A DNA stretch of 64,000 bases from Octopus vulgaris. Taxonomy: Eukaryota. Location of the stretch: positions 40,858,001-40,922,000 of the forward strand of contig OX597838.1 of the NCBI GenBank assembly GCA_951406725.2, given 5' to 3'. The notes below the pieces were generated by a model. It ran no database searches. It was given only the letters and a program-made list of their open reading frames with translations, and was not told the DNA's origin. Shown here in pieces: positions 1 through 13,064 of the stretch; the first letter of the stretch is position 1, and each line of letters opens with the position of its first letter. The translations under genes were made by a program, and so were the position numbers.

Positions 1-1668
1 GCAATATAATCGTTCTCTTCAGTTGGGTTATCTTGAAGCATTGCTGTGACTTCTGCCTCATAGACGACGGAGTTTATCATACACAACTCGTCAAGTGGGC
101 AAGCTTCAGTGTCTCGACAGTTACATGTGAGACTAGGCATTTCGTGATGCTTACGAGTAATGACGTCAAATGGGAGCAGCAGTGCTGCTCACTTGATTAT
201 AGACTAACATCCAGTCGTAAAACTTTAACAAACTTTAAAAAGTAAAAATGTTAATCTATAAGAATTAAGGCGGTGATCATAGTGAGGGGCTTAAAGCCTG
301 AGCACAGGTTCAACCAAAGTGAAGTAAAACTGAGAGCGTTCATGGATGATCTCAACATTATCAACGTTGCCAGAGACGTGTTGAATAGATTGTCTGAACT
401 GATCAGCTGGAGTCAGATCTTTTTCACTGAAGGGTGGATCGCTCGTGAATTTGGTTTGCAGCATCGGTGGAGAGCAAATACCAACTGTTCATGAGCAAGG
501 TGTCAAAAGTCTGGGAAGATGGTACAGTTTTCCCCTCACAGATAGACATCGTGGTATTGAACTGCAGAGACAAGGCTAAAGAGCATTGATCAAGCAACTT
601 TGCCAGAGAAGTTCAAGGTGTGATGCATGAATTTTGGGTTGCTCCCAAGACTGCTGTGGCCCATAGTTGTGTATGAAGTTTCTCAAACGAGGATCGAAAC
701 AATTGAACATAAGATCAATGAGATGGTAATGAAGTGGCTCCTCCTTTCGAAGTGCCTTTCATTCTTACGCCCTTTATGTCAACCAAGGTATGCTCCAGTT
801 TCCCAGATTCTGGTCTGAGTCAAGTGAACAAGAACAGCGGAAGCTACGTGAACAACAAGTAAGGCAACTGAAAGATGATAGGCATCTGGGTCACGCAGTG
901 CAACAAGCACATCAGGGTCGGTGGCTGAATTGGGATGATGTCGAAAAGCTGGAATTGAAGTGATCTGATTGGTGGCGGTTGAGTGCAGGGCATTTGAAAG
1001 CTCTGATCTGGACTGCATATGATGTGCATCCGTCTCCAGCAAATCTCAAAAAATGAGGTATCCAAGAGAGTCCACAGTGCCACATATGCGGGAAGTATGG
1101 CAGCCTCAAACACATGCTGTCAGCTTGCCCCAAAGCATTCCAGTCTGGATGGTATACATTTAGACATAATTTAGTGGTAAACGTTGTTGCTTCAGCTGCA
1201 AGACAGAGGCGAGTGCTTGAACTGAGAGCATTTGTGAAGCAAGGTGTGAGGCCAAAGAGGCAGAATCTTCAGCAGGCCAAAGACAGAAAATGGGATGTGT
1301 TTGTGGACAAGCCATAGCCTGAAAGCACTGTGGTGTCAGCACTCTGGCCCGACCTGGTTTTGGTAGATGAGGGTCAGAGACGTGTGGTCCTTGGAAAGCT
1401 GACTGTGCCATGGGAGGAGAGCATTGCTGAGGCCCATGAGCGGAAGCTTTTGGGCTATGAAGAGCTGGTAGCTGAGATTCGGGAGAAGGGTTACATCTGT
1501 GGGTTGGTTGCGTTCGAGTCTGGTTGTAACGCAGTACGTCCAACTGTTGTGGGCCCACAGTGTGGAGAGATACTGAGTATAATGGGCCGAAATCTCAGCG
1601 AAACACAGCGCTCAGCTGATGATTGCAACCGGACGAGAAATGGAGCACTCGATGTTTTTGTTCTACTG

Positions 1669-1670
<2 letters not shown>
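1..1670 (+). mobile_element. Decayed HERO-like (R2 superfamily, RLE-type) non-LTR retrotransposon: RT remnant, CCHC knuckle, RLE domain and structured 3' UTR
   Basis: Frameshifted pieces read LRAFMDDL (RT motif), FGLLPRLLWPIVVYEV, CHICGKYGSLKHMLSAC (CCHC) and PDLVLVDEGQRRVVLGKLTVPWEESIAEAHERK (PD..E/K RLE). Followed by a (TATG)n tract. Confidence 0.85.
1537..1635 (+). ncRNA. Hammerhead ribozyme, non-circularly permuted, intact
   Basis: Stem II GGCCCA(1552-57)/UGGGCC(1583-88); stem III GAGA-U(1567-71)/A-UCUC(1592-96); AUA site, cut after 1572; stem I CUGAGU(1573-78)/GCUCAG(1610-15); GAAA 1589-92; CUGAUGA 1616-22; closing helices CGUCC/GGACG and GUUGU/GCAAC. Confidence 0.8.
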
Positions 1671-1702
<32 letters not shown>

Positions 1703-1890
1703 TGTATGTATGTATGTATGCATGTATGTATGTATGTATGTATGTATGTATGCATATATGCATGTACGTATGCATATATGTATGTATGTATACATATGTG
1801 CATGTATGTATGTATGTATGTATGTATGTATGTATGTATGTATGTATGTATGCATGCATGTGTGTATGTATTACGTATGTATGCACATAG
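1668..1890. repeat. (TATG)n microsatellite
   Basis: Direct inspection; source of the MYVC and HTYI ORFs. Confidence 0.95.
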
Positions 1891-2449
1891 GTGTATATTT
1901 GTGTGTCTTTATAAACATATGCATTTATTCATTTCTCCAATTTCTCCATAACTTCCATCGATCTGACGATGCAATGTCTTCTCTACGGAGATATGTTAAT
2001 TTATTTATTTAAAGCGAAATGAACACAGCCGTGACACAATCATCGACTGACAATAAGAAAATCAATCAAAAACAAACAACACAAACAAAACATGAATGAC
2101 ATCACCATGATAACGATTATCATTCGATAATATCTATCAATTTTAAAGTGAAGATGAAAGCTTCTCAATGTTGACTAATCGATGCCGTGATATATTTTGA
2201 TTGCTACTCCGGGACCATTTTGATTTGTACATGAATCCGTTGCATATTTGCATTTCCATTTAGGAAATGGTTTGAGTTTATCTCTAAGGAAGAGCAGTTT
2301 TAGTTTGGCAATTAACAGTGTAAACATTGTATATATATATTTATGCGTATATGCATGTATATGTGTGTGTGTGTGTACGCGTGCGTGTGCGTATGTATGT
2401 ATATAAAGATACACAGATGGATAGATAGAGATACCTATATGTATAGTAC

Positions 2450-2505
<56 letters not shown>

Positions 2506-2561
2506 TATATTCGCGTGTCTATGTGTAATATATAGATGCATATTATATTTATATCTATCAA

Positions 2562-2603
<42 letters not shown>

Positions 2604-3228
2604 CGCTTGTATATAAATATATATGAATATATAGTGCATATATGTACGTATATATGTGTGTGTATGTATATATAGATATATATTATTTATGTGTGGGGTG
2701 TGTAATATATATATGTATATATATGTATATTTCTGTATCAATATATATGTGTCTGTATACATGTATGCATGCATGTATGTGTATACGTGTATGTATGTGC
2801 GAATGTATGGATGCATGTATGTGTGCGCGTGTCTGTACAGCAGAAACTCACGATAGTGTCATGTGTGTGTGAATAAGAGAGGTCGCTTCACCGAGTCCTT
2901 AGAATAAGAGATGAGCAAGAGGGAGATCCGTGGATCACCTCTTTACACTGGGCTTTGTTGTTTTGCTTTCCAGTCAGCTCTGATCGAATTCTCACATATA
3001 ATCGAAGGGTTTTCAAGTAGTAACCATTACTCTCATTTTGTTTTCAGGAATATCTATAACATAATAGATATATTTATATATATGTGTGTGTGTGTGTGTG
3101 TGTAAATGTACAAATATTATGGATGTGTATATATATATATATATACACACACACAGAAAGCGAGCGAGAGAGAGAAGGAGAGAGAATGATGCAATTAAAC
3201 AAATAAAACTAGTTTGTTTGATGTACTG

Positions 3229-3259
3229 ATGGATGGACGGACTGACAGACAGACAGACG

Positions 3260-3335
<76 letters not shown>

Positions 3336-3429
3336 GGCGGATGGACGGACGGATAGACAGACAGATAGGCAGACAGATAGACTGACGGACAGACAGAGAC
3401 AGACAGACAAACAGACAAACAGATAGAAC

Positions 3430-3514
<85 letters not shown>
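3229..3514. repeat. (GACA)n/(GATA)n compound microsatellite
   Basis: Direct inspection. Confidence 0.95.
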
Positions 3515-3517
<3 letters not shown>

Positions 3518-3981
3518 TAAGTTGTGATTTGAGAAAGATTTGATCGAATTCACACAAAATCCAAGATTCTTCCAGCCGTGACCATCACTAAATGATATCT
3601 GTGACGCAAACATGTAATAAATGTCATCTGTTCATGAGATAAGTCGTGACATGACGCAGATTTGGTTCTTTTTTTCTTAGTATTTTGAGAAACCAGGTAG
3701 AAACTGTTTCGTTGTTTTGTATGTCGTGTGGACGTAAGCACTTTCTATAATAACAGTGAGATACGATCGGTTTCATAAACTGTGACCCAATGAGGAGCCT
3801 CTGCGTTGGTGCTGTCAGAAATAGTGACGAAATTTTACTCAAATCACATCCAGGCTCTTAAAGAAAGTACACATTAAAAATATAGTCCTAAAGAGACAGA
3901 ATGGTCAGAGGTGAAGTTTCGTTGATCACAGGACTTCGACTTAACAAAACCAACAGTTAAATTGGTGTCAATAGAACTTGA

Positions 3982-4190
3982 GGCATCGCGCTGGCAGAAT
4001 CATTACCGTGCCGGAAAAAAATACTTACCGGCATTTCGTCCGTCTTTGTTTTCTAAGTTCAAACTCCGGCGAGGTTGACTTTGCCTTTCATCCTTTCAGA
4101 ATCGATAAAATAAGAACCAGTTGAAACACTAGAACTGATGTAATCGATTCACGCTCACCTGCAAAATTGCTGGCCTTGTGCCAAAATTCT
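3982..4190 (+). mobile_element. tRNA-derived SINE, family B (core GTCGACTTTGCCTTTCATCCTTTCGGGGTCGATAAA)
   Basis: Similar to the copies at 7558-7750 (+) and 22693-22907 (-); A-box-like and B-box-like motifs (GTTCAAACTCC). Confidence 0.75.
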
Positions 4191-4345
4191 TCCATACTTG
4201 AAATACAGACAACAACTTCCAGGGTTGTGAAAAAGAAAATCTGAAGTGATGAGGTTTTTGCCTTCCATACTTTCGAGTCTGTTAAATAAGTAACCAAGCA
4301 TTCAGGTCCTTCCTTATCAAAAATTAGCATTGTACATTTTGAATA

Positions 4346-4382
<37 letters not shown>

Positions 4383-4529
4383 TATATAAAGAGAGAGAGA
4401 GAGAGATAAAGACAGAGTGAGATAAAGAGAGAGTACCTTTGTGTGTGCGCGTGTATATGAGGGAGAGACAGAGAGAATGGGTGTACATGTGTGTGAGAGT
4501 GAGAGGGTGTGTGTGTGTGTGTATGTTCT

Positions 4530-4725
4530 TTTCTTTGTATTGTTTCAGTCATTGAACTTCGCCCATACTGGGGCAGTGCCTTGAAGGGTTTAGTCCCAAA
4601 AAAAACTCTAGTACTTTATTAAAATTGGTATTTACTTTATCGCTTCATTTTGCCGAAACACTAAGTTACAGGGACGAAAAGGACCAGCAGCGTTTGTCAA
4701 GCGGTGATAGAGCCAAATGCAATGA
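4530..4725 (-). mobile_element. 3' half of tRNA-derived SINE family A, diverged
   Basis: TTGTTTCAGTCATT...GCCGAA..CTAAGTTAC.GGGACG matches the family A tail. Confidence 0.65.
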
Positions 4726-4807
4726 CACACACATCCTATATATGTACGCATATATATATGTATGTGTGTGTGTGTGTGTAACTGAACAGATATATACAGA
4801 TATTATG

Positions 4808-4845
<38 letters not shown>

Positions 4846-4852
4846 GAAAGCG

Positions 4853-4909
<57 letters not shown>

Positions 4910-5215
4910 TACAAATAAACAAATAAAATCAGTTTGTTTGATGTACAAAATAAATAAACCTGAAAAATATAGAGAAAAGCAAAGATGGAAATTGTTGAGA
5001 CGATGAATGGTGAAGTTTAAATATATCGATATTTGTATAGTTATGGTGATGCAAACAGGAAAAATAGAACTCTAAACATGAGTGTGTGTATATTTTTATT
5101 ATCATTTAGCAGAAGCAAAAGAGTGATTGAAGGTAGTAGAGTGTCAAGCGTTAGTAGGATGAGTTCTAACGCACGAAAGTGTCATACAATGAGTCACTCT
5201 GTTCCTTCTGTTAAA

Positions 5216-5616
5216 TCTTTATATATAAAAGTAAGGTTGTGTGCTGTCTGTCTCCTACGATTTAGATTCCTAACTACTCCCACATTTTGCGGTGCAGTTT
5301 AACCAAAACCGGGTATCTTATAGTCGTGATTCATATCGAGACCGTCTGGGTATTAGCGCGCGTCTACGATGAGTCTACGATTTTAAAAAAATTACCATCA
5401 TATTTTTCCCATTTTTAATGCATTTTTTGGCATATATAAGGGAAGTAACACTCTAAAAATTTATTATTAAATCTCAGAACGTAAAAAGCTACAGTAACAC
5501 CCCCCCCCCCCCTTTGTGGTTAGCCATATTGAGATGGCTATTACATTTTACATCTCTAAAATGCTTATATAGTTATTTCCCTTACAAACCCGAGCAACGC
5601 CGGGCGATACTGCTAG
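5216..5616 (+). mobile_element. Non-autonomous Helitron
   Basis: 5' TC (TCTTTATATATAAAAG), subterminal GC hairpin CCCGAGCAACGCCGGG, 3' CTAG; inserted between A and T with no TSD. Confidence 0.8.
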
Positions 5617-5639
5617 TATATAATAAAAATATAGATATT

Positions 5640-6350
5640 TATTTATCAATAGAGCAAGCTTACACAGTCACAGAAAAATAGAGAGAAGGTATGGTGTTAC
5701 AAGTCAGACAGCTTTTTCTGGGGGCTCGGAGTTACTTCATAATGTTGACAGATGTAATTCACCAGAAGATGCAGACAGTAATGGAAGCAAATAAGCATTG
5801 GATGAATCCGGCTGCCGTCTTCAGGAGGGAGGGGAAAACATCTGATAATACTGATCATGATACAGGCAAATTTGAAGGTAGAATGGGTGAAGTGGAAGAC
5901 AAGGAGTAGAGATAGCTCGGTGGGGGTGTGGAGAGGGCGGTGACACAAGGAAGGGCAAGAAGAGATAAGGAGGAGAGTACTGAAGTATGTAGAAGTGTAT
6001 GAGAGTAAATATAGGGAGATGGATAGAGAGGTGTGGATAGGTTTGTAGGGAAGGAAGTAGCAGGTAGTGCTAGGTGTTTTTTTATTGAGGAGGAACTGGG
6101 AGAGGATGAGGAGAGAATTCAAAGTATGAGGATGAGGTGAGTTTAAGGAGGAGGGTGCAGAGTAAGAGGAATGGGCAAAGGTAATCTTAAGAAGGAGTAT
6201 TTAGCAGAAAGGATAGTATTAGTGGGAAAGATATGTTGTAACCAAGTTGTAACATAAGGTCAATCGTAATTAGGGAATTACAAAGTCTGTACTCCGCGGA
6301 CTTGGTCCTCAATAAAGGTCTCGAAGTACAAGTTCAAATTATTTGAGCAC
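5640..6350 (-). mobile_element. Decayed PLE-type 3' terminal region (homologous to 50920-51480)
   Basis: Shares CGG..GCCGGATT and AGCCCCAGAAA.AGCTGTC.GAC blocks with 51230-51370; remnant hammerhead core CTGAAGA on the minus strand near 5817-5823. Confidence 0.45.
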
Positions 6351-6358
6351 TACTGTTT

Positions 6359-6423
<65 letters not shown>

Positions 6424-6637
6424 CATAGTAGAGATTAGTGATATATATCCTTTAAGACAAGTCATTCTCTTGCTACTCCGAGTTTCGCCTGTACATACAT
6501 TGGGTCTTTAGATAAGTTACTTGTGCAGTCACAGCTGAAACTCTGTGGAACAAGAGAATGGCTCGACCAAAATATAAAATATCATTAATCTCTTGTCATG
6601 ACATCTAAGTATAATTTCTTCCAATATTCAACACTAA

Positions 6638-6680
<43 letters not shown>

Positions 6681-6828
6681 TGTGTGTGTAGGTAGGTAGG
6701 TAGGTAGGCAGGTAGATAGATAGGGTGGTAAATAGATAGATAGCTAGATAGAGACAGACAGACAGACAGATAGATAGGTAGGTAGATAGATAGATAGATA
6801 GATATATTTCTTTATTACCCACAAGGGG

Positions 6829-6917
<89 letters not shown>

Positions 6918-7557
6918 GCAGACAGACAGACAGACAAGTAGAGACAATTTTAAATATGGACATATATATATAAAGATGTATGTAAGTATGTCTATATTTA
7001 TGAGTATGTGAATATTATATGAATGCAAATGAATAAATCATTTTATGATATATTCATTCCAAGTCCACATCTAGTTTTTCAAGTTTTAAAATACAACCAG
7101 AATCAATCCAATAAATTTTACCGATAGAGTACGTTCGACCTGTTGAACTGCAATAGCCTACTCGACAAAAACTGGTTCCATAGCTCATAGAGATCAATCA
7201 ATAACACACACAATGCTCTAAAGTGAAGAAAAAAACATTTGGTCGCTTGCAACGCCAAACGTCAAAGATTTCGTCTGTGACAAAGATTTAGTGAACTAAA
7301 AAAACAATGAATGTCTATCAGGATGCTTTATTTGTTAGAAATAACAGCTAAATTACCTTTAATCCTTTTCTTACCATATTTCAATTAAACTTGGTCTGTA
7401 TTTTGTTTTTAATCAATTTTGAAAATAACGAAGCATTCATCAAAGTAATTTCGTTATTAAATCTTTCGTACCAAATTTCTGTTGGAATACACAGCCCTTT
7501 GTTTCAATAAATTTTAAAATATTGAAGAATTTAGTAAAATTCCTTTTTCATTATTAA

Positions 7558-7750
7558 GGCGGCGAGCCGGCTGAATCGTAAGCATGCCGGACTAAATGCT
7601 TCGCAGCATTTCGTCCATTTTTACGTTCTAACAAGGTTGATTTTTGCCTTTCCTCCTTTTGGGGTTATAAAATTAAGTACCAGTTGAATAGTGGGGTTGA
7701 TATATTCGATTTATCTCCAACCCTAAAACTGTAGACCTTGTGCCAAAATT
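7558..7750 (+). mobile_element. tRNA-derived SINE family B
   Basis: GGCGGCGAGCCGGCTGAATCG head and the same core as 22693-22907. Confidence 0.75.
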
Positions 7751-8303
7751 TGAAGCCATTTTTAAGCAGGTGTTTGAAACATGATTTACCAAGTAACATT
7801 GATGGAAGGTTTTGGTTTTCTATTACTTTTAAAACAGGAAGTCTGTGTCATAGACACAGGGCGGTGTAAGGCTAGTTAATATCAGAAAGGTTAAATCACT
7901 CGATTCGTTCTTCAAACGGAATAACAGACTGGATAATGGAACTCTCTAGATACACTGTTTGAATAACAGATGAGATGATTTCTGTCTGGAGGCCTTTCAT
8001 TATAGATAAGGCTAATTACGACTGACCTAACAACAACAACAACAACAAACATTTCAGTATTGACGTATCTTTATTATATTCCGCCTTGGAAAACACCCGA
8101 CTGGCGTAAAATCTTTGCTGAAAGCAAATTGTAATCCCAAATTATAACCAGCGACGCGGATATGGATGAAGAATTTGATGTAATGACTTGCTTGTGTCTG
8201 GTCCCTAAACTGAGGCAATTTGTACCAGTTATTCAGCCCTGTTTCTGTAGAAAATTGGCCACACTGCACGGGATGTCACACACACACACACACACAGATA
8301 TAT

Positions 8304-8385
<82 letters not shown>

Positions 8386-8393
8386 ATGTGTGT

Positions 8394-8451
<58 letters not shown>

Positions 8452-8598
8452 GCATGTATATATACACACACACAGGGATTCCATATTGGACATCACTCAC
8501 AAAGCATTTGTTAACCCGACGCAATGTGACCGCGCGCAGTGGGATGGAACCTGAAACGATGTGGTGGCAAAATGAGCTTCTTAACCAACCAGTTATGC

Positions 8599-8658
<60 letters not shown>

Positions 8659-8678
8659 TATGTATGTATATATACGCA

Positions 8679-8741
<63 letters not shown>

Positions 8742-10782
8742 CACCCTCACAATGATACACGCAATCCATAATACTTATGTAAAAATCTCAATAATGCCAA
8801 ACGTTCCTTGAAACTAAAGTAGATCGTTTCTAAAAATTCTAAAGATTTGCTTGTTAGAATTTTGTGTAATTAATCACTGAACCAATTAAAATATTCTTTA
8901 AAATGACCAATTCTTAATTTATACGTTCTTTTCAGGTTTTGAAACTTGAGAGTTGAAAATAGCATTTCAAATATTAAAATGAATGATTAAATTAAAATTA
9001 AATTACGGTGAAGTTTATAATTGAAGTTGGAAAAGGAAACCTATCTAGAAATGGAAACTGCATTGACATCGGTTTACATAATTGTCTGGAGTGGATATGT
9101 GGGTATATGAATGTGTATGCGTATGCATGAGTGTGTATGTGTGTGTGAGTGTGTGTGTGTGTGCGTTTTAGCTACAAGCAGAAGAAATCAATCGATACAT
9201 GCAACAATGTTTATACAATGTATCTAGGCTTTGGATTCTTCCGTTTGCGCACGCACACACACACGCACACACACACACATTGTTGACGTCATAAGAATTA
9301 ATTAGCCTTCGAGAGAACGTGAAACAATTTTGTTTTGGAATAGTGGATCTCAAAGAACATCACATAAGGCTATAAACTATTGCATGTAAATAGCATGGGT
9401 TGAATAATCTTTTTGGACTCGAAGCGGCATCTTCTGTAGACATGACAGGCGTTCTACCATCGAACCAAAGTAGTTCTTCTCGTTTCTCTTTACATTTTAG
9501 AAATTTCCTTCTTACATGCTTTTATTTACTGTTTTATATGTACCAATTCCGAAAGAAAGATTATTCTCACGAAAGTTTATAAATTTTTATGTCAACAACA
9601 TAGAATTCTCGCTGTTCAGAATAAAGTTTCGGTTTCAGGGCCAGAACGCGGTATTTTGGGATGTCTTCTTCTATAGCCCAGGGCTGACCTGTGCCTCTTG
9701 AATGAATTTCGTAGACGGGAAATATATCAGAACCTCAATTATATTTGTGTGTGTGTATGTATGTGCATGTTTGTGTAAGCGCGTATGTGTGTGTATGCGT
9801 GTATGTGTGTGTGTGCGCATATGTGTGTGTATGCGCATATGTGTGTGTATGCGCATATGTGTGTGTATGTGCGTATATGTGTGCATGTCTATGTGTTTGT
9901 CTCCCAATCCGTTGACAATCGGTGTTGGTTTGTTTATGACCCAGTAATTTCGCGGTTGAGCAAAGGAAACCAAGAGAATAAGCATCAAAAAAATTAATTA
10001 CTGAGGTAAATCCTTGTAAGCGGCGCTCCAGCATGGCCGCAGTCTAATGACTGAAACAGGTAAAAGGATAAACGTTTCTATTGTTCTTTACCAATGTGTA
10101 TATTTTTCTACATTTATTTTACTTGATTTTCTCCTTATTATTTCACTAGAAGAGATCCTAATAAAACCGAAACAGGTTCAAAGTTGTCTCCCACACTTGC
10201 CAGAACAATTAAGATATTAAGCAACGATGAATATTTTCATTTCCTATTCTTTGTACCATTATTTCCAATTAAATTGTCAATACTGGCCACACTAAATATG
10301 ATCTAATTAATAAAATTATAATTAGGAATTTAATTCAGTCAGCCTTGTCTTGTCTTCCAAATGGAATAATTACAATATTACAGAATAATATTAATTTTTA
10401 TTTCCTCGCTGCATAATTATTTCTACTTAGTTCTGTTTTAATACAACAAGCATTAAATTTGTTAACACTAACTTCATTATAATTTAACCAAAAAATACAA
10501 TTTACATTGTTATTATACAGTGATGCGCTCGGACAGGTGTCCACAGGTGAATAACATGGAGACGAGGAACGCCTAAAACAGAGGAATTATAGAAAACACA
10601 TGAATAATGTAAACACACGAAGCATATCAAATAAGAGAGATATTAGCTATAGTCTGTATCTAATCATATAGAATGTTGTATGCGTGTATGTGTGTGTGTG
10701 TGTGTGAGGATGATTTTATAATTTCGTTAAAGCGAAGAATAAAAATAGGACTCCAGATGGAAGTGTTCAGGTAACACTCAGA

Positions 10783-10824
<42 letters not shown>

Positions 10825-10829
10825 GTGTG

Positions 10830-11103
10830 AAGGACCGGGATGCGTGTTGTGTTCTTGAGCAAGGCACTTTATTTCACGTTGCTCCAGTTCACTCAGCTGT
10901 AGAAATGAGTTGCGACGTCACAGGTGCCAAGCTGTATCGGCCTTTGTCTTTCCCTTGGATAACATTGGTGGCGTGGAGAGGGGAGGCCGGTATGCATGGG
11001 CGACTACTGGTCTTCCATAAAACAACCTTGCCCAGACTTGTGCCTCAGAGGGTAACTCTCTAGGTGCAAAACCCATGGTCACTCATGACCGAAGGGGGTC
11101 TTT
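10830..11103 (+). mobile_element. SINE family C fragment
   Basis: GTGTTCTTGAGCAAGGCACTTTA...CACTCAGCTGTA core typical of conserved-domain SINEs; flanked by (TA)n. Confidence 0.6.
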
Positions 11104-12134
11104 AATATATATATATATATATATATATATCCTTATACACCCTTTAAGTTCGTTTACGGGAAACGTTTTGAATATGATTATAAAAGCTCCTCCACCTTAT
11201 GCTGGCTACAGCCTAATGATGCCAATAAGCGACATTCAAAATCTCTGACTGATTTTGTATGGTGACTGAAGGAGGATAAAATAAAGTACAGCATAACTTA
11301 GTCCATTGTAAGGTATGCGAAGCCATACAATATAATTTCCAGGAGACGCGGCCTCTGCTCCGAGGAATCCATGTCTATTCTGTGGACTAATGAGAAGACC
11401 ATTCATGGAATTTCTGAAAGATTCAAGATGCCTACATGCATATAAATGTACTTTAGCAAAATGCAGTAATAGCGAATTTTGAGTATTTGTTAACATAATT
11501 TACTTTAAGGTATGGATGACGTAAATAGCTTGATTTGTGGTCATGAGTGCACCAAACCTCACGCACACATACATAAACACAATTCTCCACTTAGACAAAC
11601 TCCCCCCACCCCCATTTGTGTATGAACTTGTGTCACGTTCTTCATTTTGTTACTTTCTAATTAAAATGGAGAGGACGATGCCAACGTTTTCTCGCACTTT
11701 CAAACATAAAACACCGAAACACAATTCTTTTTTTTTTTTTTTTTTTGTTAATCTTCAAATTATGGGAAGATTTTTCGAGATCATCGTTGTAAGATAATCC
11801 TTCTATCACTCTCTGACGTTTCCACACTTTGCATTTAATCCTCCCGGGAGCTAATTTTCCAACCGCTTCCTCAAAAATCTAGAACTTTCCCTAACCCCCT
11901 CCAATCTACCCCACTTTCTCTTTCAGAAATAACAAAAAACATCAATACTACAAAATATTTTCGCTTTGCTATTTTTTTTCTTTCGTCTTTTACCATTATC
12001 AAAGACAAACATCAAAAGGTTCAACTCATTCCACCACCATTTCTCTATAAACTAATATCACCTTGAAATGAAAGCATTGCACTTTAACCGAATACACACA
12101 CACACACACACATATCTGTATATGTGTGTGTGTA

Positions 12135-12500
12135 TTTCTCTTTTCTCTTTTACTTGTTTCAGTCATTTGACTGCGGTCATGCTGGAGCACCGCCTTTAGT
12201 CGAGCAAAATCGACCCCGGGACTTATTCTTTGTAAGCCCAGTACTTATTCTATCGGTTGTCAAGCAATGCTAGGGGGACAAACACAGACACACAAACACA
12301 CACACATACACATATATATATACATATATACATATATACGATGGGCTTCTTTCAGTTTCCGTCTACCAAATCCACTCACAAGTCATTGGTCGGCCCGGGG
12401 CTATAGCAGAAGACACTTGCCCAAGATGCCACGCAGTGGACTGAACCCGGAACCATGTGGTTGGTTAGCAAGCTACTTACCAAAAAGCCACTCCTGCGCC
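12135..12500 (-). mobile_element. tRNA-derived SINE family A, with internal deletion
   Basis: Head GGCGCAGGAGTGGC...GGTTCCGGGTTCAGTCC, internal TA/TG microsatellite, tail GACTGAAACAAGTAAAAGAG. Confidence 0.9.
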
Positions 12501-12590
12501 TATATATCTTCCTGAAGATTTCTCTTGAATGAAACAGTTCTAGTCCTGTAGAAGCTCCTTCTATATATATATATATATATATATATGTGG

Positions 12591-12636
<46 letters not shown>

Positions 12637-13064
12637 TATATATATATATATATAATTCGGTTAATGAATTCACATGAATATATGGTCCTTAACTAGGATG
12701 CACCGGAAATCTATATGGTGTTAACCATACGACAAGTGGGGTGATTACAAATAGGAAAAAAGCAACAAGAATGGATTAAAATCTCGGTACAATCGTTTCG
12801 TACGAGGACATCTTTAATAAGCTACAAAAAATGCAGTGAATACAGATGGCTCATACTCGTCAGCCGAAAAAACATCAGAGAATTCCCAAACATCAAAAGG
12901 GGTAGATACAAAAGAGGGTGTAAGATTAACTGCATTGAAGAAAGTTCGATTCATGGAGATCCGATGAAAGGTTTTAAACTTACAGAATTTGCGCATGTCT
13001 ACATGGGATTATTTGTACCCAATTCATTTTTGAAAGTTGAACTATATATATATATATATATATA

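Noticed and set aside
11236-11432. Protein-like minus-strand segments after AG sites (also 33937-34140, 41089-41420, 49436-49700, 62230-62430) as exons of one host gene
   Set aside because: Splice sites are weak or ambiguous, phases could not be joined and no domain was recognised; needs RNA-seq.
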